From Balanoglossus misakiensis (Eukaryota; Animalia; Hemichordata), in NCBI GenBank assembly GCA_040954595.2, contig CM082580.2, positions 13,256,242-13,320,241 on the forward strand: a stretch of DNA of 64,000 bases, given 5' to 3'. The position numbers and the translations under genes are program-made. Positions within the stretch are counted from its first letter, which is position 1. Every line of letters starts with the position of its first letter. A model generated the notes under the pieces. It worked only from the letters and a program-made list of their open reading frames with translations, searched no databases and was not told the DNA's origin. Below, one piece after another: positions 11,760-25,000 of this stretch.

Positions 11760-14700
11760 GCTATATACCGTTACTGTCATCTTCACTGGACGCTTGTGTC
11801 TATCTCAATACTATTGCAATGTCGCAAGCCAGGAATGCAGATCTAATCAAACTGAATATTTTCAGGTTCAAGCTAAGACAAAAGTCAATGTCCGGGATAA
11901 CATTTGGGATAATCCGGGCTACAATTTAGAGTTTCATGGATGCACCGGAATCTAATCGGATAAATTCAGTTTAAATAGTCAAGTTGTCGCATCCTGAGAA
12001 TAATGTCGGTTCTGGCCCCACGGCCCGAAGGACGTGGACAGAGAGGACCACATTTCAAAATTTGCAGGCAAGCATAGCTATCCCACTGGATATATCCTAT
12101 CTACGGCGCACCAACTTTTTGAGTCCCGAACCCCGAATAATCGATCGTGTAATAGCAACGATGTATCGCTTGATTGATGTCAAGGGGTCACGCTGGTACG
12201 TGGATCGCTCCCAGCAGAAAAGCAAAGCAAATAAGTAAAGTCGCATGGATTCCACTTAATGGAGTTTGACTTGTAGCCGCCGGCCATGTGTGATAATTGA
12301 CTACCCGTTACGTCAACCTAGTACTTTATTGAAAAAGTTCTGGTTGCATCGATGGTGTAACACTGCTTCAGCGGTGGGTGACTCACAGTAACCCAGATGT
12401 CGCGGGTTACATGAACTATGCGTGTCACTTCAACGCGCACGCTGAAAGTGACGGAAATGCCGAAGAAGACGACACCATCTACCCTATATTGAACTATCTG
12501 GAAGAGTCGGCAAATCTCACTGTAGAGGCTCATATTCTGTCAAACCACTGACAGCAATTTCGAAGAAGAAAGCATCGAACGGAAAAGCTAGACAAGTGAC
12601 CTTATCGATGAGGTCATACATGTAGATGTAAACACCACTTTTGTAATCTGATCTGATTTGGGCAATTGTACGGTCGCACTTGAAAGACTAGGTAAGCTGT
12701 CTGTTCGGTTTCCAGTGAATTTTCAATTACTACTGTGCCGAATGTACGCAGCACCCATTTATTTTTTTCATACTGCCCCGAAAATATTCCCGCTCACTAT
12801 AGAATTATCTATTTTCTTTAGTAATAAATCTACTTTACCAAAACTTTGTGCAGTTACCATGGTGATGCGATTGACCCATCTGCAAGACGCACGTTTCGTC
12901 AGATGAAGCTCCCAGGCTTTTTGCCTGGGGCATTTTATTCCAAACCAATATTTTGCAGGATTGCATAGGGTAGGGTTAATGCACTAACATATAGGGCATT
13001 GATATCATATCATATCATATCGTGCTGTCTCCTATCCAATCCCACCTAAACCTGGCGTCGCCATCCCATGCCCTGTCTTATTCCATCCTACCCTATCGAG
13101 TGTTATATTCACAACAAAAAAGGTTTTACAGAAAACACCCATTTTATATTATTTCAGGCCGCACATTCTTTTGTTCGTAACACTGCGCTGCGCGGAGATT
13201 GCAAGAAATGCGATCGTAGCATACACAGCGTTATAATCGGATGTTGTGATCAACCGTTCCCAGATCTTGTCGTCTGCAGATCTTTCCATCATCACGCGGG
13301 CGAAAATGACTTTCTGTGCCGCGATCGTCAGAGAAGCCGTAGAGCTAGCACGACCACAAGGGAGATGGAAATTACCGGGGTATTAAATGGAGGTTGCTTG
13401 CAGATCGGCGACTAGATCAAAATTAACGCCCCGGGATATTTTGTACACTGACCAGGGCTGGATTTGCGGTCTGTATATATATATATATACGCTCTCAATG
13501 TGCGATGTTACACGTATGTTACCCGCCGCACATTTGTTCCCAACTCAATTTAATTGAGACCAGCAGGATGTACCTTTTAATAGAAAAATCACATCACCAA
13601 ACACTCCTAAAAGAATTTGCTTTGCGCGTGAAAGTTAAATATCCTGCAGAGAAAAATGAAATAATAATCCCTTTGAGCTTTCCTTTTCGTACAGGATGTA
13701 ATTTGAATGGGAACTGTAAAATTCAACGGGAAAATGAAATAGTATTATAGAATCTGACAGGAAATGTTACTGGTTTTATTTCAGAAAACATTTTACTGCG
13801 TAGAACAAAACCACCGCAAATTTGGAATGGCCGTTAAATTGTTTCCCCTTGTCAGAATTGATTTGAGAAATTCTTTGTGGAGGGCGACCCCGGTATTAGT
13901 CGACAGTGTAAGGCAAAATTACCTCGTTAAAGCGAAAATCTGTAATTTGAGCGTGCCTGTTAATGTATCAGTATGTCTCTGTGCTTACAAAACAGTGTCG
14001 TGTCTACGCGAGATGTTGGCATTAAGTTGATTTGCGCTCAACGCGTAAAGAGACAAACATCAGACGTTAAATGGAAACGCGATGTGACGTTCGCTCCCCA
14101 ACTTCAAGTCGGCGTTTTAAAATCGCTGTCTCGTCCCATTGTACGCCGGGTAGACAGCCGTCCATGGTGATGCATGTTTAAATACAGCTGTCAAAAGCAG
14201 TCAAAGGCACCGTTTCCATGATCCCCGCCATTTAAATTTTAACCAGCTGTTTCGTTGTTAGTGTCAGCTGAGTGTGCCGACTGACCCTCAGTTCTTTCGA
14301 CCTGGATTGCGCCTGGTGATATCTCAAACAAAAAAATACAATAATGCATTAACTTTTTTTACATTGCCGATGACTTAATTACATTCCAATTACATTTCTG
14401 TCTGTCAGCGCTCAGTGTTTTCCAGCCTTTCGATTATCCAAACATTGTTGAACGCATCGACGCACGCAGCCGTCACGAAAATTTCGCTGTGCATTGTTGT
14501 CTTGTCGAACTACAGATGAAATGCTCGGGTCGGTTATCTCGATCTAAGAATCCAATTTTCTACTAATCCCCCTTTCAACTTGGTGATTGGGAAAGTAGAT
14601 TTTTCCCTGAGGAATCAGGACTATCAGTCATCAGATGTGGTCGCGGCATGATGATGGGACAGGCATACGTCACTCGACATCTCCAAGTTAACTGTAATGG

Positions 14701-16950
14701 AGGGGGGGGGGGGGCAGCGACTATTCTAGACGTACTACTGGCGAAAATCATGCTGACATTTTTCTGTCAGAACCGAGTCTCACAGCAATACTGTCGGCCT
14801 CTAGCAAAGACGCGGGCGTCATATTTGATCGAACCTTTACAAGCACTTCAAATATTGTTGACAAACGTTTCAAAAATGACGCTAGGTGTTAAATTGCACA
14901 GCGTATAAGGATGCGAAAAATTTGGGCAAAGAGCAAAAAAACTGCTTGAAAAATATTCCATGGGCAAAAGACACAATCGAGAAAAGAGAACAAGGAAATA
15001 TATACCTTGAAGTGTTAGTGTGTGTTTATTAAGAGCTGGATGGATGGTACTACGGCTCTCAAATTCGGATGGCTGTACAGTGTAAGTACAATCAATGCCG
15101 TGCCCTTCGGCTAGTATATCATTTTGATAAGGGTCGTTTTTCCCAGCGGTGGCTTGCGTTCTTCTTTCGCGTCTCACTTTTCTCCGTGCGTCAATCGTGC
15201 TGTTCCTTTGTAGAACTGACTTCAATTCTGTCTGAGGACACATGGTAACAGCAGCGGCGCCGTCATTTTTTTTATTTGTGTCTTCTTCCTCTTGATCATC
15301 ATTAAAGCCCCATGAGCTACAACTTTTAGCATTATTTTCACGATCATGGCTGACCTACTATTTGATGGGCAGTGTCTGCGAAAATTCGATATTTCGAGGT
15401 CACGACATTTCAGAATGTTACAGCTCATGGGCATTTACAAATGACAAGAAAATAGTCGATTTTGAATTTAAAATGAGAAAAGGTCGACTTCCCTAGAAAC
15501 AACTCTGTAATTTTAAGATATGATTGGGTGCCTCTTTTTTGCGGAAAACATTCCTCCGCGTGATCTGAAATATCAATAAAGATCATGGGACCTGTGGACA
15601 CTTGGGAATTTTTGAAAATCTGCTTAAAGTGATAAAAAACGAAGAAGACGGTCGGACGCGGCGCAAAACATTTTATCTATGTCTCACGAGGTTTGCAGTG
15701 ATAGGCATATGAATTGCGGCTGATTTCACGTCGATTTCAGGTCGACGCTGATCTCAGCGAAAAGCAGACTTACAGACCGTGAATTGTACACGACTCCTCG
15801 TAAGCTTTATTGTCTGCTCTAAATTAAAGGAAAATTGCAGAGTTTGAGGCAGAGCCGCAGAGTTGAGGTAAAGTCTCCTGAGTATAGGAATAATCCGACA
15901 GATCGTGCACTTCATCGACCTGAGGTTTCTGTACAGAACTGATCCCGACAGCTTGTAAGTTTACACTTCATCGATGTCAATCGTGTTTGGACATTGCTAT
16001 GCATGGAACAGTGACGCGCGATAGCAGTTTTAAAATTTTCTTATGAACAATTGAACGAATAACTGAAGATTTACATCATTTATTTATTTACATAGGAATA
16101 CTGCATTCAGGAGAACCTGTGTGTATCGATATTAAAATATACAAGTACATACAACTTATCCGCCGACATACTTTGAATTTAACACGTCCAATTGAACAAA
16201 ATACAATCTAGATTGTGGTCAGCTGGGTTGGGCTTTATGTTCCAGTGTAAATATATATACCTGAAGTTTAAAATAACAAAAAAATCATGATACATGTATT
16301 TAAGTTACCTAGCGCATATGTTTTATATTCTATAATACATGCATCTCGCGATGTTATATGTCTGATAATCATACAAAAGCTATGAAACATAATTGGCAGG
16401 GACAAAGTTCATCTGGGTTCAGCGTGGTCTTGTTTTACATCTGCAGTCTCATCGATTCCTGTTAAATAGTTCCTGGAGGGGATTCGTACAAATATGCCAT
16501 GGTTACATCGTCTGTGGGATCAATCGAACGGGTTCTCTCAACTTCACAAACAACTCAGGTTAACCAGAGTCGTTTTGTCCTCCGATATTATTTTAATATC
16601 AATATATTCTGGAATAAAATTCGGCAAATGAGAAGCGAGTTTATTCGCCCAACTGTGGCAAAACAGATCTCTTCGCACGCGCAGTTCAGACTAAAATATG
16701 GAAGAATGACGTGTCTGTTCATACTCCATATCTTATGAAAAATGCCTTTCTCTGCTTCGCGGTCAGAGTGCGATAAATCTCATGTGTCTTCCCAACTGCA
16801 TTCCACCGCCAATGAGAATGACAGTCCTAGAAATCGCGGTTTAGGTCTAGACGCCGTTCACAAGAATTTTCCGCGATTAAGAGCGAAAGATGAGAAGTCC
16901 CAAATCCATGGGTCCAGTTCAGACTCACTCTCTCTCTCTCTCTCTCCCAG

Positions 16951-19900
16951 CTACACATTAGTAGTTTTCAGTCTTACGTTTCCATTTTGCTCACGAATAT
17001 GACTTGTTTTATCGTCTGCCGGGCTGTAGCCACAAGCGCCACTGTCTGATGTGTACTCATCCTCTCTTTCATAAATCTGCACAGTGGGTCTTGCAGCGAA
17101 CGACACCACGGCGCCATTTCTGCGACTTGTCGGCGGTGTTCCATATTCGCTGAGCGCCCTATCTTCACGCAAACCTGTCTCTGTCAGACCCGGATCTGAA
17201 ACCAGGATTCGCATCGTTAGTAAGCTGGGGACTCTTCATTGAAAACGGCGCCATATTGAATAAAGAAATTGTTTGGTTTCTTATTATATAACATATTTCT
17301 TCCAGTATCTTCTTACAGCGAGACGTTTGGTGGAGAAATTTTCCCCATGAAATTGTGTTTTTGTGTGTGCGAGACTCACATTATAAGCTTACGCATAATA
17401 GAACTTTGAATGAATGTAACTGAGCCCTTCGTAACTAACGGGGAATGGTACAAATATTTCATATAGGTCACTGCCTGCTACAGCGATCTTGTCTGAACTT
17501 CATTCAAAGGTTGCGTTTTCCAGACAGGAATGTCTAGACACTAGCACTTCCAGATAGATCATTTTCCCCTCACCTGATCTGCGATTACAGATCTGCCGAC
17601 CGGTTCTACTTAACAGGAACAATAAGACACAAGCGAAAAGTACGATGACGCTGCCTACCACGGCTCCAATAATTAGACCAAGGGACGTGTTTCCAGCTAA
17701 TTAATCGAAAGAACAGAGTATAAAAGTAAGACTACCCTGTGTAAATTCAGTGGCAATCTCAGATGTATTGCTAACATTGACAGGAAGAACCAAAATGGTA
17801 GACATCATTTTCATGCAGATAGTCTTGATCTATTGCTAATTGCAAATAAGCATTAATTTCTTACAGGTACAACTCTGATCTTTGGGAATACAGTAACCCT
17901 TGCAAGGAGCTTCAAACTCAGAACACAAGTCGCCATCATCTGTGAAAAGAACAGAAAGACGCGGAATTAGCCGGTATACACGGAAAACAAGAAAGTGTGG
18001 CATCTCGTTTGGGAGACACGCGTTTCACTGGGCTCTACATTCATGACAGGCAAAACCGAACGAGAAGTTTTCAATTTGAGGCGTCCTTCTAGATGGCTTT
18101 GATACTACAACCATTTTGGACCACCTGACGGATTTACAGCTTGCAATGCATATAGCCGGTTACGGAAAGCAACTTCAATGTTAGTTAACTGCATAGTATC
18201 AACACACTTACCGTGGACAATGAGCTCTATTAATGATATTTCACGCACTGCAGACGGTTTATGATGTTCCATTGCCGGATATATGATTCGGAATTCATAG
18301 GTTCCAGCGTCTGTCACTCTGACGTCATTCACACGTAAATGTAGTCCCTGATTTTCGAAATGAATGCGACTCGTATCGTACCTGCGATGGAACAGACAAC
18401 TTAGTTGACGTCATCACGGGCTCTACTTTTTTAGCAGGGTCCAGTGACAGTTTTCCCCGCGGCCCGGCCAGTGATATTGTAACTAAACATCTGCCAGGTG
18501 TAAATATAAACATGGCAGAGAATTGCGGCCCCGAGCCTGGTAGCTGGGCCTTTAAAGCTGCGTCATAGTGACAATTTGCGCTTTCCCATTCTCTTCAAAC
18601 GGGAATTTACAGGACGGTGTCCCCGGCTCCGTTATAGGTGGTCATTTACGCCTGTACGGCTTATAACAAGCAGACCCGTTGCTTATATAACAGTGAATAG
18701 CAATAAGGCTTGGCCACAGTCCTTGGCCAATAGGCACCGCGCCCTAAAAATACATACAGATGTGCTAGATTTTAGCATAAACGGCTTGAAAGTCAGTGAA
18801 CACCGTGACAGTGGGGGTCAAACTGTCATGGTGCTCACACAAGAAAACACAACCGTTGAAAGCCAGATACCATAATGCCATCGGAGACGATTTAAAGCTT
18901 AATTTCCAATGGCTGACTTGTTTCCGAAAGCGGATCAACATGGATAATTTATCTAATGAAAACCCAACTCAAGTGAATGAAGCACACAGTGCTTTGTCGT
19001 TTTAATTATTAAAAAAGAGTCAAATTGAACTGCATCGTGAGAAGCTGGATATATTGAAAGTGTATTTGATACCACAGGTACAGACCTTTGAACCACCATA
19101 GGGATTAAATAACATAAAAGGGTTCCTCTGTGATTACAGATAATGCCAAAAAGATGTTGAAAATAATGAAACCCGTCTCGCTTTAATCTGGGATTAACGA
19201 ACTCGCTCTAACTAACAATCACGACAGAGCAACTTTTCTCTAAAGCGAGAGAACGGAGGGACGTTGATGATTATGATCAAGACTTTTTGCGACACAAGAG
19301 GCGATCTTTCCCCCAGTGAGGGTGTCCTACGACAGTGTGATTAATGTGTTTGTGCAGACTTTGTGTATTTTAATTTTCCTCTAAGGAAAACTTCAACTCA
19401 CAGGATTGGAAGCTCATTAGTATGCATCACAGCTTACAGTACACAATAAATAAATCCTGTCTGAGTTATTTACCTGTATTAATTCACCCCACTTGACCGG
19501 TGATGTTTATCTTTAAATGTCACAGGTTCAAGTTCGTAAATTATTCGTTACATAAAAACGTGACATGTAAAACGATTGTGACCTAGCCCCTTGCAGCGAC
19601 AGTTGTTGGCACAAGAAGTTACTAGTAGAAGAATAATTAGATTCTACAAAGAGTTGCAAAATTTTGAACGCGGAATATACAAGAGAAAATCAAAATCCTA
19701 ATCCATTTGAAACACTGTCGACGAGTTTACTTTAAAGCCCCTGACAGACACACGGGACTTATCCATCTATTGTGTCTGTGTGGCCATGATTTTAAGTCCC
19801 CAGGGACTAATATGTTAATTTTCCGTTGACGTTGGGGGCGTATGACATATAAGAAATTAAAAAAAACGTGACAGCAAAGTCTTGTAAACACAGGCAGCTG

Positions 19901-22055
19901 TTCTCGGGGGATTACAATACAACCTTGGTAATATTAGCTACGCGGCGAAGCGCTACAAGCACGCCACAAATTATTCATCGTTATTTATCGGTGAGCGCGA
20001 CACCGATATTCCCGGGGCCTGTGGAGAAAAATGAAATCGTAGATTCCTAATCTTAGTAAATTATATATTTACAGCCCTAATATGGAACTCGTTTCCTGGG
20101 GTCGTGAGGAGTCGTGTTTTTCAGGGTTAAAATGAAAATCCTAAATCCAATATTTTTCTTTCGTGTTACCAGGTTTTATAGTCATATACCAAACGGCTGT
20201 TTTTTGCTTGACTACAAGATGCATAAGCTTTTCAAACGTATAGTTTGTTCGCTTTGTTTATATTTTCGCGATCAACCGACCTACATTGTAACCGACCGTA
20301 TCATGACATCCCAAATAGAATAAGTTCTCACCTAAAGCTAACAACAAGAGCGTCGCTTCTCGTTAGTAAAAATAACGATCACACAGCAGTCACGCTAGTG
20401 TTAACAAGAATTCGGCCCTTTTGCCTGCATGTGCAGTGAGCTGTATTCAACACAGCCCACCTGAGTAATTAATAGTACTATCTGAGTTGAACATATATTT
20501 CGTGGCGAGATAATCCCCGATATAACGACCCGACAAACTATCAAGCAGTCGGCATCGCGGTCATATGAGGATAACGATGAACATAGGCATTCTTGTTATC
20601 CCTGTCTGTTATTTACGGTCTTACGCTTGGGCAAATTACACAGGCGATTGTGAGATCTATAACTCCTGATCAGAAGCTAAAAATAAACTCCAGGGCAGTT
20701 TTTCAGCCAATTTACATTCATTTTACGCTTTCACATCACGCATGTTCAGTAATAAAATAGACAACCACTGAAACCTAGATATTTAAATATCATGTCTTAC
20801 GCTATTCGCTTGTTGTCTTTGCTCCATCTGGTACTGTACTGGTTATGGGCAATAGGTAAAGTGAAATCGAGTGACGTAATTCCTCTCAGTACAACGTCAT
20901 TTCCTGTCCAAGTGATTTCCGTTTGAAGGTCGTGCTTGATGGTGACGAAGTTGATGTGCGGTGCTTCATCGGGTAGCGCTGTAGGCGATTCTCCATTCAC
21001 TGGAAACGACTGGTTCACGGCGGTCTCGCTCTTCCCTGTAATGATAGACATACATCGTATTTACTGGGGCCAACTGTGAACCAAATATATAGACTTGAAG
21101 GCAGGAAAGATGCTTTTATATTCAGGGAGCATGCGAGTTCTTGAAATTAAGCGACCTTATGAGAACGTTAATCATCGCGATAAAATGTCTCTTTAATCTT
21201 AATTATATCCCCTTCTCCCACTTGTCATTTATATCCCCTTCTCCCACTTGTCATTTATTCTGATACGATAGAAGCAGGTTCGAGAGATCTTACTCGATGA
21301 CGGAAGTGAAAGCTTAGACTGGGCAAATTCAAGGTCTGGTCATGGAAGATTACCATCCATATCCCTCAGGCGACCGGGTAATTTCCTGAAACGCGCGCAT
21401 TAAATTCTCGTATTAAGCAACGGCCGTCCTTCAATCGCCCGTGTCTAAAATACACAGTAACCCGGTTTGATCCTGACCCGATCTCCAACAGAGAAGAAGC
21501 ACACTTGAATCCTCACGAAATCCCCGTGAGCGGCGTCGGATGCGTATTCTCACTGGCGTCAACTCATACCGTGTGTCGACACCATTGCATCCCTATAGAT
21601 TTAAGGCTTGAACACACAATCTAATGTCCTTTTACACCGCTATCATCCTTTATTTGAATATTGCTTCATCGCTTAGGTACCGAAGCATTTCTGATTATTT
21701 GATTGAAAAACGACGGTCAATCTTTCAAGAATTCTCTAATTATAAATGTTGTTATAACGGTGGCGGTCACGACTCATCACTGAGCTTCCCGGTGATATGT
21801 GGAAATCGAATTGTTTACAAACCATCGGTGGTCGAGATTGTTAAAAATGCACCCAATATTTCCACCGGGAAGCTTAAGAGCATCGAAGACAGCACGGAGT
21901 TAGAACTTAGATAAATGACGGAAATTATATTGATCAAGATCGCGGGAAATGAAATGAAATGACATGATCTGGTTTCGGCTTCACTTACCTGGTGTAACTG
22001 TAACAAGAGTTAGCATTACTGTAAGGTGTATCCGCATAGTAGCCCTACGATACAT
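16951..22055 (-). CDS. Orphan type I membrane protein: signal peptide - Cys-less Ig-like domain - 4-Cys module - TM - Tyr-containing tail
   Basis: In-phase exons: 22055-21989 (MYRRATMRIHLTVMLTLVTVTPG), 21035-20801 (GNDVVLRG..RWSKDNKRI), 18381-18212 (LRVNDVRVTDAGTYEFRI..IELIVH), 17939-17865 (CSEFEAPCKGYCIPKDQSC), 17696-17574 (TM LGLIIGAVVGSVIVLFACVLLFLL), 17195-16951 (tail; acceptor preceded by a perfect TACTAAC branch point). A probable 5'UTR exon ends at 22292. A GTAAGA donor at 16977 could add a further exon. Confidence 0.8.
21203..21258. repeat. 26-bp tandem duplication (TTATATCCCCTTCTCCCACTTGTCAT x2), intronic
   Basis: Read directly. Confidence 0.95.
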
Positions 22056-25000
22056 GTGCGTATGTCATGATAGCTGAAGATCGCCTCTGAAAGAGAGAGA
22101 AAGTTACACGGAAACATTAATCAGTGACTACTGGCAAGAGACGAGGAGCAAACGGGTGACTCGTCGCGCGCAGCGATAGTTGAAATTTCGTGGATGTCTT
22201 TACAGAGAGTGGACAGCGTATTTTCAAAGTTGGATTGACAACAAGACGTAGAAAGCACGAACCGTCGCAAAACCGTCGTCTTCAGGCTTACCTAGGCAAA
22301 GGTGGGTCGTGGAGACCGCGTTGGCTCATTCATGTACCTGAATTCGGCGATTCCAAGCCCGTTTGTAGCTGAGAGAGAGTCGAAATCTCGTGCGTTCAAA
22401 AATCAACACGCCGCATCAAAGGACAACACGATGTCCAGATGCATCACCTGTGATATCGTGAAGCTTTGTCACTGCGCATGAGCATTTCAGCGCAGTTGGC
22501 AAAATAAACTAGGGTGCATATCGAATGCAAACCATGGTCTGGAGACTGAGTCGAGCGAACGACCCGTGCCAGCGGACGCTGATGGTACAGAATTCGACAC
22601 GTCTATCGACAGAGACAAACAGCCTTCCACATTTCCAATTATCTCCACGTGAAAACGACGACAAAAGTGTTTAATATAAACACGTTTATCAGACAGATTG
22701 AAAATATTTATGGCTTCAACACAAGAGAAGTGTTTTCAGCTGATCAGTTTAGAACAGGTGTCACTAATGTGTCTCATTAGGATAATGTAAGAAAACCCCG
22801 TCGATTGACCGCTCAAAGATCCCGTCGCGTCTGATGAAATAAAAACATCGGGAAAAGGTGCCCGTCTGAGACGACGTCAAACTGCATTCTCGCTAAGTTA
22901 ATTCTAATCACGCTTTACAGAAGTAGGTAAAATTCTCTGATCCTGTCACATGTTCTTTGCATTGAGGTGACATATACCGTGTACCGTTATACGCTGAAAT
23001 AATAGCACTGGCGAGCCAAACAAATGCCCGTGCACGTTCTCAGTGTTAGAACCAGCCTCGCTGTCAATCTTGTGACAGAGGAGGGCAGGGAATTATCGCC
23101 GTCGACTTTCAATCGGAAAGATTACAAAATTAGTAACAGTTGAATCAATTAGCTGTCGGCCCAACGATCCCCACTGAATGACGTCAAGTCGAACCGCTGT
23201 TCATGGAATAGCAATACTTGGCGAATGGATACGCTTTCAATGTTAACTGTTGGTGGAGAGGAATGGTATATGAATGGAATGTGATTGTGAAAGCTTCACA
23301 TCTCTGCCATTCAAACACGAGCGGACCAAATAAGCATGCGCTGGATAGCGATGGCCATCACGGCACGCTGGACGCACCGAGAAATTGTTCTTGACGAAAC
23401 AGTCGGTACAATTCTTGAATGATCAAAGTACAGGTTCGCTACACGAAATAAACTCCTCGTTGAACAAGACGACAGGACAATTTCTATGAAATTATATCCA
23501 TTCGACATAATTTGGCGGTTGTTCTTCGAAAAGACGGGAGATTTCCCCCCGAAACACGATGCGATTGAAGGCAATCTTATCTCTTTCAGCCTCATTGGAG
23601 GAAATAAAAACCGGGCAGAAGGTTGGCTAGAGTAGTGATGGAAGACATTACAGAGTTGCCGGTAATAGTGTATCGACAGCAGACGACTAACTAGTATTGA
23701 AGGCTATATCATTACGCCTGTTGGAAATTCACCCTCAATACAACCTAACGATATTATTTCCGGCATATTAAACCTAGATCTGCAAAGAGACAATGAGATG
23801 TTTCTTGGTGCTTTATGTTTTATCAGGAGAAATGCCCCAGTTGCGTAGCAACCGTGCCCGGAAAGGGAACTGGCCTTTTGGCGATCAGTATTTGACGTAA
23901 AGGTCTGTCGATGATTCTGAAAACAGTTGCATTCACACAACCCGTTTAATTAAATTCCTGCTGTACAGTAAAGCTGTAGACGAAGGGGATTTCTAAACGA
24001 CGCGTTTTCCGTTCATGGATTTACTTTTCAAACTGAATGTGGATCCGTCAACTGGCTTCGTGTCGGTTATATGCTGATGGTTAGCTTTACAGGCGCACCA
24101 ACACGTGGCTAAACCATACCACAGATCGAAATGTGGCTTCAATTTTCCACCTGGATGTTTCTAGTAATAAACAAATACTTGCACTGAGAACCAGGTGTTG
24201 AATCGATGACACGGCGCACATCTAAAGGTCGTATTCTAAATCTAGGTGTGATTGTTCCACGTTGTCTCCTTGGAAACAGGGGGAAATGTTTTGCGGTGTG
24301 AAGTCGCCGTGTTGCTCCTGACGCCTGGAAGTTGTTTTGAACGTTCCGCAGTCAGAGTCACGTGATGGATGGGGTTAGCAACAGAAAAATAGTCCGATTC
24401 GATGAGATGTCAATGTATACCCATCAGTAGGCTTATTTCTATGTACCAATCTAAGTTGGAAAATAAAATCATGAAAATGATGCAAAAAGTGGCAGCTCTA
24501 GTGGCCCATTAAAGCACCCAGCGTCTATAAAAGTCTGTATAAGCCGATTCACGCACAACTAGAAGTTAAACCAAACCTGAGAGTATATAGTAGAGTTGAG
24601 TTGAGTTCGATGTAGCAGACACATACCAGATGCATTTGAGTTGCTGCGATTTTGATTGATTAGATTAGAGTGATCCTATAGATAGTATGACTATCGAGTT
24701 AGTCACATCATCAATTCTTCCGCTTGATTTCACCAAACTTGATTAACAGGCTCAGCCAAGTTCTGCATTTGTTGCATGGGGCTCTTATTTGTGCCTGGAC
24801 TGTCAGTGACGTCATCAGATCTCGAAAAATAGCACCGATGGCAACACGGCGGGGAATTCTCGGCACGACGCTTGTCTTCACGCCCACGCGCGCCACGTGG
24901 CAAATCTCGAAGCGACGAAAAAAGGGGCCTGTGAAGCCTAAACGGCTCAAATGCTGTCAGCTACTGCAATTTGACGGCGTTAATTAACATGGACGGGTAA

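Noticed and set aside
12960-13100. Short inverted repeat around (ATATC)n/CCTAT-like pentamers
   Set aside because: Degenerate microsatellite; no target-site duplication or second copy seen.
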